Source: Lytechinus pictus (lineage: Eukaryota). Taken from it: DNA of 64,000 nucleotides. Shown here piece after piece: positions 41,376-51,773 of this stretch (the first letter of the stretch is position 1; every line of letters starts with the position of its first letter). The stretch spans positions 5,520,001-5,584,000 of the forward strand of contig NC_087250.1 in the NCBI RefSeq assembly GCF_037042905.1, read 5' to 3'. The translations under genes were made by a program, and so were the position numbers. The notes under the pieces are model-generated. The model saw only the letters and a list, made by a program, of their open reading frames with translations. It did not search any database and had not been told where the DNA came from.

Positions 41376-41705
41376 TCACACAACCTCTAAGTCTTCTGGG
41401 ACGGGTATGGAAACAGTTCTCGGCTGCATGCCGTCACTAATGTACTGAGAGACACCCCCTCCTTTGCGATTAGTACGGCATTTTGAGAAATGTAAGAATC
41501 CATCCACATTGAAAGAGTTTGCTGTATACGCTGTGAACCATGTCTCGGTAATGGCGCACACTTCCAGTTTGTTTATTTGGATAAAAGTTTCAAATTCGTC
41601 AAACTTGTTCGATAGAGACCTGATATTAGACATGAAAATACGGGGGAAATCTTATTTTTCATGTTTCACCTCTTTCTCATTTGTCACATGTAAGGGTGAG
41701 ATGGA
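41376..41705 (-). mobile_element. LINE fragment: N-terminus of an APE/EEP endonuclease, interrupted by the Gypsy insertion (duplicated at 49736-50065)
   Basis: FPRIFMSNIRSLSNKFDE...VCAITETWF...RTNRKGGGV are non-LTR retrotransposon endonuclease motifs. Confidence 0.75.
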
Positions 41706-41966
41706 TATAGTGTAAGGGGGTTATAGTTAAGCAGACGACATCATGCACCCAAGTGACACAAGTCACATGACACATCGGCGGGAGGAACCACAACACAATA
41801 CAGTACACACGCCACTAAAACACTCCACTCCATACTCAACCCCCGAGAGGTACAGACGTCCTGAGAGCTGTGCATAACAAGAATAAGGTAAGGCTTTCTC
41901 CCGGTGTATATTGTGTGTAAGTTATAGTGAGTGTATGATTATTTATGTTATCGGCCCCCCTCTTTA
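41706..41966 (+). repeat. LTR copy 1 (261 bp)
   Basis: TATAGTGTAAGGGGG...CCCCCCTCTTTA; matches 50066-50326 and 60346-60606. Confidence 0.93.
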
Positions 41967-41967
41967 C

Positions 41968-41980
41968 TGGCGACGAGGAT
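41968..41980 (+). promoter_or_regulatory. Primer-binding site, tRNA-Ser(GCU) type (also 50328-50340)
   Basis: TGGCGACGAGGAT 1 nt after the LTR; complementary to the ...ATCCTCGTCGCCA 3' end of metazoan tRNA-Ser(GCU) as recalled. Confidence 0.8.
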
Positions 41981-43413
41981 TAAAGCGATTTTTATTTTAT
42001 TTTCGGCAAAACATTTTCTTTACTTCGCCACAGCCAACGCCGTTGCAGAATCTGCGTTGGCCGTGGCCGAATATAAAAAAGCCGCCGCCATCTTGAAAAT
42101 TTTAGGCTTTTTATTAATTTGAGCTGTTTGACTCTGTTTCGTCCATAATATTAAATAAAACAAAAAGTAACATATTATTTTAGTTTGAGATTTCATTTTT
42201 TGGTGGGAAAAGTTTGATTTTTAGTTCCGTAAATATACTCTATTTTTTTACCGATCGGCACTGCCGTGCTGGCCTTGAAGGAATTCAGTGGCTAGCTCGA
42301 CAGGAGCTAATCGGATTTTTTTGGACAAAACATTATACGTTGTACTATTTAGGGTAAATATCCACTCATTTTGTTGACCATATATTTAAATCTTCCCTCG
42401 TTAGGATATATTTTTGTGGCCACGGAGTGTGATTGACTTTGATGAAATTTTGATTGCGTTTGACTGTGTTTACTGATGTGGTGTGAATGGATTGCTGAAT
42501 ATTATTGATGTTGTGAGTTGATTATTTTATTACAAGCCTGAATTTGCTTTTCTCCTTTGACCGCCGCGCTGCTGCTGCTGCTGCTGTTGTTAGTATTTTT
42601 TTTGTAATTATATTTCTGGGTGTTTTTTGGAGAAAACACCAGACATTTGCTGCTGCTGCTGCTGCTGCTGTTAATTGTTAGGAATTTATTATTTTTGGTC
42701 ACGCGTCTCAGGAGATAATGAAATTCAGTCTTGTATTAATTATTGTGTTGTTGCTGCTGCTGCTGTATTGAATATTTTGCTGCTGTTGCTCTGCTGTTGT
42801 ATTGTTGCTGCTGCTGCTGTATTGAATATTTTGTTGTTTATTGCTGCTGCCGTTGTGTAATTGAATTGTTGCTGCTGCTGTTGTATAATATATTTTGTTG
42901 CTGGTGCTGCCGTTGATGTGAGCTGTGCTGCTGACATTTGTATTAAATTCATATTCAATCAATTAATTATAAATTGTATAATTAAATAAATTTTGTATAT
43001 ATTTAGATAAATTGTACTTGTAAATATTAACTTTTGTTCAAAAAACAGAAAAAAAATAAATAAATAATAATAATTTATTTATTTGAAATTATTTCTATAT
43101 ATTTTTCATATCTTTCTTTGAACAAGTGAGCGTTCGATTGTTTGCATTTTTTCTTTTCTTTCCTAAGAATTAAATCATACAGGAATTTTATTTTTTAGGA
43201 AAGTAGCCTCTGGATTTTAATTTGATTACATTCTCAGGATATTGTGAGGTTAGTTCTGTTAATTCTCTTTCATTTTTTTTTCAAAAAGTTAATTTTGTCC
43301 CAGATTTATTTTGATTTTATCCGCAAGACAAAGTAGTCTGCAGGATAATTTTTGGCTAATTACAGTTCAATTTTGGAATTTAATTTTTGTTACTGATTAA
43401 TTTCTACATCAAG

Positions 43414-44877
43414 ATGGCGAGCAACATACCAAGAATCAAAATCAACTTGTGTTCGTCTGAGGAATTGATGAGTCTGCCCGGAGTGGGTATGGCCACCGCC
43501 AACCGCATTCTACATGCGAGGGAGGCGGCCGACCTTACTCCGGATACATTCTTGTCGATACCTCATATACCGAAGGCGGAACTGTTAGTTTACGCCTTTG
43601 ATTATGAGCCAACAACAACGGCTCATAATGTGGACCGCAGAGAAGTGCGCTCCGAAGGAGACGAGCCTTCTACGAGCGTTCCACTTATTCCGTCTAAGGA
43701 GCCCCCCGTAAGCCAGGCGTTTGAGGCTTGGCCACAGCACACCCATGCACATAGCGCACAGGGTGCTGTAGGCCAATCTTCTCAGACACAGGCCGGGGAG
43801 GCCCCCTCATTTTTCACAGGGGGGAGGCCAGGTGGCGCTTTTACTCAGCAGCCTTCGGCCTCTCCAGAAGATAGGGCTAAGTCCCTCTGGGCTAATCAAT
43901 TTGGGTTTTCAGGATGGAACGATGGTCTGTTCCCACCACAGGGTCCCCACCAAGTTACCCCACCAGGACCCCAGTTCCAATGTGGTCCTCGTGCCCAGGT
44001 AGCTACCCCACCAGGACCCCAGTTCCAATTTGGTCCTCATGCCCAAGTAGATTTGCATGGTCAGGCTCCCGGTACTCAGGGTGGCCGACCAGCAATGTTC
44101 AATCAAACAACCCAGACACCTCCACATAGCTATCCACAGGCCGTTCCACACTTTACACAAGCACAGTACGAGGAAATGTATGGCGTGATGTTTAGGATGA
44201 TGCAGATGATGCCATTCGGAGGAACTGGACAGCCAGCTCCTCCATACTGCAACCCTGCTGCCGCCTACGGTGGGTATTGCCCACCATGGGCTGGAGGCAG
44301 ATATCCGCCACACTATCCTAACACTGTGGCCCCGCAAACCTCTCCCCAAGGACCATGTGACTTGCAATATGGGGGTAGCAACCCTGTGTATCAAGGCGCT
44401 GGACCTCAAGGAGATGGACATGGAGGCCCAGTATACAGTGAACATAGAAACACCACAAGGCCATCAGTAAGCCCTGGATACAGGGGGCTGTCAACAAGAA
44501 ATCAGCCGCCCCGCGTCACCAGACTTACTTCGGCCTCAAGACCTGTGGTACCGGAGTATGACGACAGAAGGCCCCCTTCTAGACCAACCTCTTTGCCGAA
44601 GACTATTTCGTTCGACGGCAAAGGAAGTTGGGCGGCCTTCTATTCAAAGTTCCAACTATACACCGAAAGACACGGCATGTCTGATGCAGACAAGAAATAT
44701 CAGCTGTGTCTGGCGTTGGAGGCCGAAGCTAGTAAGTTCATGGCTCTCATTCAGGAGAGCAACCCAAATATCGCCTTCTCTGACTTGGTTACCAAGTTGG
44801 AGAAGCGGTTCGCTCTCCAGGATAAAGCCGGAAGTTACTCGGATGCAATTTCAATAGGCTTTTCAACGCTCGGATGA
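43414..44877 (+). CDS. gag: Gag N-terminal part (HhH domain, Pro/Gln/Gly-rich linker, start of capsid), copy 1; frameshifted near 44825
   Basis: ATG in aagATGG context; INLCSSEELMSLPGVGMATANRI; PKTISFDGKGSWAAFYSKF gag motif. Confidence 0.8.
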   Translation: MASNIPRIKINLCSSEELMSLPGVGMATANRILHAREAADLTPDTFLSIPHIPKAELLVYAFDYEPTTTAHNVDRREVRSEGDEPSTSVPLIPSKEPPVSQAFEAWPQHTHAHSAQGAVGQSSQTQAGEAPSFFTGGRPGGAFTQQPSASPEDRAKSLWANQFGFSGWNDGLFPPQGPHQVTPPGPQFQCGPRAQVATPPGPQFQFGPHAQVDLHGQAPGTQGGRPAMFNQTTQTPPHSYPQAVPHFTQAQYEEMYGVMFRMMQMMPFGGTGQPAPPYCNPAAAYGGYCPPWAGGRYPPHYPNTVAPQTSPQGPCDLQYGGSNPVYQGAGPQGDGHGGPVYSEHRNTTRPSVSPGYRGLSTRNQPPRVTRLTSASRPVVPEYDDRRPPSRPTSLPKTISFDGKGSWAAFYSKFQLYTERHGMSDADKKYQLCLALEAEASKFMALIQESNPNIAFSDLVTKLEKRFALQDKAGSYSDAISIGFSTLG

Positions 44878-44905
44878 AGACATCATCAAGTGGGCAGATA
44901 GGCTT

Positions 44906-45754
44906 ATGACCCTTGCAGGTCAGGCCTTTGTAGGCCTTCCCGACAAGTTCGTTCAAGAACTTGTAGTGGCAAGGTTCTGCCAAGGTGCCCAAGACAAAGA
45001 TGCAGGGCATCATGTCCTGACTTCTCGGCCTGGGACCTTAGATGAAGCCATGACTAAGTACAAATGGTTTCAGTTTACCCAGAAGACCATGCACACGCAT
45101 GGCCCTAGGTCGAGAAAAGAGGTAAGGCAGCTCTCGATGGGAGATGGCGATAGTGACCTAAGGGTGCAAAAGTTGTCTCCCCCAGAGGCTGCCAAGAAGG
45201 GAAATTCTAGCCTTGAGGCTAGACTAAGTGCTCTGGAAGCCCAAAATGCAGTATGGGCATCCAAGATGGATTCGATGGTCGCTGCGATCACGGATCTATC
45301 TAGAAGCACAAAGGAACTCTTGTCGGTGTCGGGAGGCCGGTCGAGGTACCCCTCAGGCCGTGCCCCTGTTACACCTGACAGGCAGAAATACACCTCCGGC
45401 CGAGTTCCTGGTACCCCGGACAGACCAAAGTATACCTATGGTCGGGCTCCAGGTACGCCAGACAGGCCGAGGTTTAACTCAAATTTGACACCAGATCGGT
45501 CAGTAGGAGGCCGAAGGCCATTTTTTGGCCCTTCGCCAACTACAACTGATCGTCAGCGAAACTTCACAGGCTGTTTCAACTGTGGGGAAGAAGGCCATTT
45601 CAGCAGGGCCTGCCCCATGGGAAGATCGCCTGTGAACAGTAGACAAGTAAGGGCTGTAACCTTCGAGGAGGAGGGAAATGGACAGGGATCGGCGGAGATG
45701 GGGAGTCCCCGATCCGATCAGAGATCCCCTCCCCCGCCATCCCCATTCCATTAA
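44906..45754 (+). CDS. gag: Gag C-terminal part with CCHC zinc knuckle, copy 1
   Basis: WADRLMTLAGQAF...RFCQG capsid-like segment; CFNCGEEGHFSRAC. Confidence 0.85.
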   Translation: MTLAGQAFVGLPDKFVQELVVARFCQGAQDKDAGHHVLTSRPGTLDEAMTKYKWFQFTQKTMHTHGPRSRKEVRQLSMGDGDSDLRVQKLSPPEAAKKGNSSLEARLSALEAQNAVWASKMDSMVAAITDLSRSTKELLSVSGGRSRYPSGRAPVTPDRQKYTSGRVPGTPDRPKYTYGRAPGTPDRPRFNSNLTPDRSVGGRRPFFGPSPTTTDRQRNFTGCFNCGEEGHFSRACPMGRSPVNSRQVRAVTFEEEGNGQGSAEMGSPRSDQRSPPPPSPFH

Positions 45755-45765
45755 AGGGCAGCCTA

Positions 45766-48700
45766 ATGCCACAAGACCAAGGGAACCAACGGGCACCGGA
45801 CTCACAAGCAAGCCCAGGGAGCCCGAAATTCTCTAAGGTAACTGAGCACCCTTGGAGGAACCCGCCATGGCCACCAGACATTTCTGGTGATGTTAAAGAT
45901 CAAGAGGTTGAAGAAGTCATTTGTAGAATTGTGTCTACTTCAACATTGAGTGTTGAGTTGGCAGTTAGCAAGGAGCCCATTACATCCGTTTTGGACACTG
46001 CGGCAGCTGTCACCATTATATCTGATAGGCTTTTCCATCGCCTCCAGCCTCGGCCGCCGATCCTTAAGCGTGTAGTTCTTAAGGGGGCTGGCCGAGACAT
46101 GACAATGGACGGCATTGTGATAGGACCTATCACGCTCCAGCTGGGTAACCAAATACTCAACGAGGAGATTCACGTAGCTCCGATAGCAGATGAGATGTTG
46201 TTTGGCGTTGATCTATTAAGAAAACACAATGCCAATATTAGCATTCCAAATGCTATCCTAACTTTGAACGGTGAAAACCTACCAATAATCCAACGCGAAG
46301 ATTCGGGGAGTACGGCAGAGGTGTGTGTAGATAAGGGCGTCTGTGTTCCTCCGTGTTCGGTTCGAAGGGTTAAGTGTTCGGTGGCACTTAATTCTAGCCC
46401 ATTCTTGGTGGAACCTTTGCCTTTCCTACCCATACCTGTTCTTATACCCCGGAGCCTTCATGAAAGTAAGAAAGATACAGAAGTTTTCCTGATAAATTCC
46501 TCTGATATGACCTACAAGTTACGAAGGGGTGATATGATTGGGAAAGCTTATCAAGTCTCGGTGATAGAACCTGAAATAGAACCCTCAGAGGATGTCACAG
46601 TTAGGAGTATTAACACTGTAAAAGCTTCGGACTCAGACATACCTCCTCACCTTCTGGACCTTTGGGGCCGCTCTAATGAGGGGCTGGCCCCAGAGGAACA
46701 GGAGGAGTTGAGAGGGCTGCTACTAAAATATCAATCAGTGTTCGCAAAAGATGAGTTTGACCTTGGTGGTTTCAACGAGGTAACTCATAGCATAGACACG
46801 GGTGATGCGAGGCCCATAAAACAAAAGATGAGGCGGACCCCCCTGAATTTCATTCAGGAGGAGCAGGCACATCTCGACAAGATGCTCGCCGCTGGAGTTA
46901 TCCAGCCGTCTATGTCTGAATGGGCATCGCCCCCTGTGTTAGTGAGGAAAAAAGATGGAGGAGTCCGATGGTGCATTGATTACCGCAAGTTAAACAATGT
47001 CACCAAAAAGGACGTCTACCCCTTACCATGTATTGAAGAATGCCTTGATATTTTAGCAGGCAACAAGTGGTTTTCCAAACTTGATGCCAACGCAGCTTAT
47101 TGGCAAATCAAGGTAAATGAAGCAGATAGGGACAAAACAGCCTTCGTTACAAAACATGGGCTGTATGAGTTCGTCCGCATGGGATTTGGCCTGTGCAATG
47201 CACCGGCCACCTTCCAACGTGTGATGAACTTAGTCCTGAGAGGTCTCACATGGGACGTGGCTCTTGCATTCTTGGATGATATCCTGGTATTGGGTAAATT
47301 ATTTCCAGACCACATCAAGAATCTAGGGGCAGTCCTGAGGCGTTTCAAGGACTACAGACTCAAATTGAAACCCAAGAAGTGTGCCTTGTTTCAACGAAAG
47401 GTGGAGTTCTTGGGTAGGGAAGTGGATGCTACAGGCTTGCATCTACCAGAGGAAAACATCCAAAGGGTAGTGGATTGGCCTACTCCTGCTTCCACTAAAG
47501 AAGTAGAGCAGTTCTTAGGGTTGGCCAACTATCACAGGGTGTTTATGAAAGATTATGCACGGGTGGCTGGGCCATTGTATGAGCTTACAGGCAATCATGC
47601 TTTCAGTTGGACAGAGTTTCATCAGGAGGCATTCGAACAAATCAAAGCTATATTAACCTCAGCCCCTGTGCTCACACTTCCAAACGCACATGACCCGTTC
47701 ATCCTAGATACGGATGCGTCTAGCACAGCGATTGGAGCAGAGCTGCTACAGGTTCAAAATGGTGAGGAGAAGGTCATAGCTTATGGCAGCTTGTCTCTTT
47801 CTCCTCAACAAAGGAACTATTGTGTCACTCGCCGCGAGCTCTTAGCGTTGGTGTTATTTTGCAGACAGTATAGGCATTACCTTTTAGGTAGGCCATTTAC
47901 TGTCAGAACGGATCATGGCAGCCTAACATGGCTGCTCAACTTCAAAACGCCGACAGGACAGCTGTCTCGCTGGCTGGAGGAGTTAGGGCAGTACAATATG
48001 AAAATCGAACACCGGCCCGGTAGGCGCCACTCTAATGCAGATTCTCTTTCGCGCATTCCTGATACAGAATCAGTGTGTGAAGGGTATGAGCATGGTGTGC
48101 GACTACAGGATTTGCCGTGTGGTGGGTGTTCATATTGTACCAAGAGACACAAAGAATGGGCACACTTTGTCGACTGTGTCGATGATGTTGTGCCATTAAG
48201 TCAAAGCCAAAGGGTCTCGAATGTGGCTGTTGAAGAAACTTTCCCTGTCACGCACATGGAAATATTGTTCAACAAGGCCAACTCATTTGAGATCCGAAGT
48301 ATCTCAGTTGACCCAACTGAGGTGGCAGAGGAACCGCCTTCTGACAATTTAGTCAAGCAAGAGCAAGAAAAAGACCAGGTTCTCGTGCCCCTCCGTGAGT
48401 GGTTAACCAACAAGAAAGAACTGGATGAAGGGACTCTGTTTCTCCTCCCGCCAGAGGGAAAGTTCTTGTGGACGAACAGAGAACTCTTCTACTTCAAAGA
48501 AGGAGTTATCTGGATGAAGAAGGATGTAGGTGATGTTATAGTGATTCCAGAATCACTACGGCATGACATCATTCGGCTGAATCATGACCCTCCTTCAGCA
48601 GGGCATGCTGGAATCAATCGCACTCGGGCTAAGCTAAAGTCCAAGTATTATTGGTATCGCATGTCAGAAGATATTCGCATTTACATAGCCAGGTGTACAA

Positions 48701-49074
48701 CTTGCAATCAGAACAAGAAAGCGACCCGCCCTGGGAGGCATCCTATGAAAAGTTTTCATGCGAGCGCCCCCATGGAACGTGTCCATCTTGACTTCATGGG
48801 CCCACTACCAAAGACAACAAATGGTAATGAAAACATCCTGGTTATGGTAGATCAATTTACCAAATGGGTGGAATGCGTACCTTTGCCTTCCCAAACCGCA
48901 GAGATGACAGCTCATGCAGCAGTGAGCAGTTTTTTCTGCCGGTTTGGATATCCATTTCAAATCTTCACGGATCAGGGCAGAAATTTTGAGAGTACACTTT
49001 TCAAGGACATGTGCCGTGTCCTTGATATTCACAAGTCAAAAACGACCGCATTCCGCCCCCAAGCAAAAAGTTGA
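45766..49074 (+). CDS. pol: Pol (protease-RT-RNase H-integrase), copy 1; frameshift near 49065, truncated at 49295
   Basis: VLDTAAAVTII; WCIDYRKLN; FLDDIL; TDASSTAIGA/TRRELLA/RTDHGSL; HDPPSAGH..CTTC; HLDFMGP; TDQGRNF; Gypsy domain order. Confidence 0.95.
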   Translation: MPQDQGNQRAPDSQASPGSPKFSKVTEHPWRNPPWPPDISGDVKDQEVEEVICRIVSTSTLSVELAVSKEPITSVLDTAAAVTIISDRLFHRLQPRPPILKRVVLKGAGRDMTMDGIVIGPITLQLGNQILNEEIHVAPIADEMLFGVDLLRKHNANISIPNAILTLNGENLPIIQREDSGSTAEVCVDKGVCVPPCSVRRVKCSVALNSSPFLVEPLPFLPIPVLIPRSLHESKKDTEVFLINSSDMTYKLRRGDMIGKAYQVSVIEPEIEPSEDVTVRSINTVKASDSDIPPHLLDLWGRSNEGLAPEEQEELRGLLLKYQSVFAKDEFDLGGFNEVTHSIDTGDARPIKQKMRRTPLNFIQEEQAHLDKMLAAGVIQPSMSEWASPPVLVRKKDGGVRWCIDYRKLNNVTKKDVYPLPCIEECLDILAGNKWFSKLDANAAYWQIKVNEADRDKTAFVTKHGLYEFVRMGFGLCNAPATFQRVMNLVLRGLTWDVALAFLDDILVLGKLFPDHIKNLGAVLRRFKDYRLKLKPKKCALFQRKVEFLGREVDATGLHLPEENIQRVVDWPTPASTKEVEQFLGLANYHRVFMKDYARVAGPLYELTGNHAFSWTEFHQEAFEQIKAILTSAPVLTLPNAHDPFILDTDASSTAIGAELLQVQNGEEKVIAYGSLSLSPQQRNYCVTRRELLALVLFCRQYRHYLLGRPFTVRTDHGSLTWLLNFKTPTGQLSRWLEELGQYNMKIEHRPGRRHSNADSLSRIPDTESVCEGYEHGVRLQDLPCGGCSYCTKRHKEWAHFVDCVDDVVPLSQSQRVSNVAVEETFPVTHMEILFNKANSFEIRSISVDPTEVAEEPPSDNLVKQEQEKDQVLVPLREWLTNKKELDEGTLFLLPPEGKFLWTNRELFYFKEGVIWMKKDVGDVIVIPESLRHDIIRLNHDPPSAGHAGINRTRAKLKSKYYWYRMSEDIRIYIARCTTCNQNKKATRPGRHPMKSFHASAPMERVHLDFMGPLPKTTNGNENILVMVDQFTKWVECVPLPSQTAEMTAHAAVSSFFCRFGYPFQIFTDQGRNFESTLFKDMCRVLDIHKSKTTAFRPQAKS

Positions 49075-49616
49075 GAGGGCGAATAGGACCGTGATGGATG
49101 CAGTGCGATGCTACGTCTCAAAGTCACAAAGGGACTGGGACAGGCATCTCCAGCAGATCGCAGGTGCTATTCGCTCCTCTGTAAATCGTACAACTGGATT
49201 TACCCCTAACAAGCTAATGCTGGGTCGGGAGGTTAATCTACCCTCTGATCTCGTATGCTCTGTTCCTCAACCCGCTCAAGAGCAGACCAAAGAAGGATTT
49301 ATTACCACACTTAGACCAGGGTTAACTTAAACCTTGCTATCGGAATACGAAACTTAAACCTAGGTTTAAATATGGCAGTTTATTACCACACTTAGACTAG
49401 GGTTAAGTTAAACCACGCTATCAGAATACGGGCCAGAGAGTTTTGTATACTTATTTCGTTCTACTGAAACATTACAGATAGTCGCTGATTATTCTAATTC
49501 TATAATAATAATAAAAAGTCACATTGCATGGTGAGATAGAGAAATAATTGGAAAGAATGATGGACGAGGGAAAGAGAGAGAGAGAGATAAAGAAATGGAG
49601 GGTGAGATAGAAAAGG

Positions 49617-49648
<32 letters not shown>

Positions 49649-50065
49649 AGATATGAAAAAAAAAGATTGAGGAAGAGGTCATAATACAGATCATAACAAA
49701 CAGATTGTCTTTTTATCTAGCATTCATGGATTCTCTCACACAACCTCTAAGTCTTCTGGGACGGGTATGGAAACAGTTCTCGGCTGCATGCCGTCACTAA
49801 TGTACTGAGAGACACCCCCTCCTTTGCGATTAGTACGGCATTTTGAGAAATGTAAGAATCCATCCACATTGAAAGAGTTTGCTGTATACGCTGTGAACCA
49901 TGTCTCGGTAATGGCGCACACTTCCAGTTTGTTTATTTGGATAAAAGTTTCAAATTCGTCAAACTTGTTCGATAGAGACCTGATATTAGACATGAAAATA
50001 CGGGGGAAATCTTATTTTTCATGTTTCACCTCTTTCTCATTTGTCACATGTAAGGGTGAGATGGA

Positions 50066-50326
50066 TATAGTGTAAGGGGGTTATAGTTAAGCAGACGACA
50101 TCATGCACCCAAGTGACACAAGTCACATGACACATCGGCGGGAGGAACCACAACACAATACAGTACACACGCCACTAAAACACTCCACTCCATACTCAAC
50201 CCCCGAGAGGTACAGACGTCCTGAGAGCTGTGCATAACAAGAATAAGGTAAGGCTTTCTCCCGGTGTATATTGTGTGTAAGTTATAGTGAGTGTATGATT
50301 ATTTATGTTATCGGCCCCCCTCTTTA
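50066..50326 (+). repeat. 5' LTR of the full-length element
   Basis: Matches 41706-41966; followed by the PBS. Confidence 0.93.
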
Positions 50327-51773
50327 CTGGCGACGAGGATTAAAGCGATTTTTATTTTATTTTCGGCAAAACATTTTCTTTACTTCGCCACAGCCAACGC
50401 CGTTGCAGAATCTGCGTTGGCCGTGGCCGAATATAAAAAAGCCGCCGCCATCTTGAAAATTTTAGGCTTTTTATTAATTTGAGCTGTTTGACTCTGTTTC
50501 GTCCATAATATTAAATAAAACAAAAAGTAACATATTATTTTAGTTTGAGATTTCATTTTTTGGTGGGAAAAGTTTGATTTTTAGTTCCGTAAATATACTC
50601 TATTTTTTTACCGATCGGCACTGCCGTGCTGGCCTTGAAGGAATTCAGTGGCTAGCTCGACAGGAGCTAATCGGATTTTTTTGGACAAAACATTATACGT
50701 TGTACTATTTAGGGTAAATATCCACTCATTTTGTTGACCATATATTTAAATCTTCCCTCGTTAGGATATATTTTTGTGGCCACGGAGTGTGATTGACTTT
50801 GATGAAATTTTGATTGCGTTTGACTGTGTTTACTGATGTGGTGTGAATGGATTGCTGAATATTATTGATGTTGTGAGTTGATTATTTTATTACAAGCCTG
50901 AATTTGCTTTTCTCCTTTGACCGCCGCGCTGCTGCTGCTGCTGCTGTTGTTAGTATTTTTTTTGTAATTATATTTCTGGGTGTTTTTTGGAGAAAACACC
51001 AGACATTTGCTGCTGCTGCTGCTGCTGCTGTTAATTGTTAGGAATTTATTATTTTTGGTCACGCGTCTCAGGAGATAATGAAATTCAGTCTTGTATTAAT
51101 TATTGTGTTGTTGCTGCTGCTGCTGTATTGAATATTTTGCTGCTGTTGCTCTGCTGTTGTATTGTTGCTGCTGCTGCTGTATTGAATATTTTGTTGTTTA
51201 TTGCTGCTGCCGTTGTGTAATTGAATTGTTGCTGCTGCTGTTGTATAATATATTTTGTTGCTGGTGCTGCCGTTGATGTGAGCTGTGCTGCTGACATTTG
51301 TATTAAATTCATATTCAATCAATTAATTATAAATTGTATAATTAAATAAATTTTGTATATATTTAGATAAATTGTACTTGTAAATATTAACTTTTGTTCA
51401 AAAAACAGAAAAAAAATAAATAAATAATAATAATTTATTTATTTGAAATTATTTCTATATATTTTTCATATCTTTCTTTGAACAAGTGAGCGTTCGATTG
51501 TTTGCATTTTTTCTTTTCTTTCCTAAGAATTAAATCATACAGGAATTTTATTTTTTAGGAAAGTAGCCTCTGGATTTTAATTTGATTACATTCTCAGGAT
51601 ATTGTGAGGTTAGTTCTGTTAATTCTCTTTCATTTTTTTTTCAAAAAGTTAATTTTGTCCCAGATTTATTTTGATTTTATCCGCAAGACAAAGTAGTCTG
51701 CAGGATAATTTTTGGCTAATTACAGTTCAATTTTGGAATTTAATTTTTGTTACTGATTAATTTCTACATCAAG

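Larger units (their letters stand above)
41706..49295 (+). mobile_element. 3'-truncated duplicate of the Gypsy element (LTR, gag, pol up to the integrase)
   Basis: Near-identical to 50066-57655; ends abruptly at the duplication junction. Confidence 0.92.

Noticed and set aside
42502..42962. Poly-Ser/Gln/Ala ORFs (also 50862-51322) and the Lys-rich ORF at 59955-60209
   Set aside because: Products of (CTG)n and A-rich low-complexity UTR sequence
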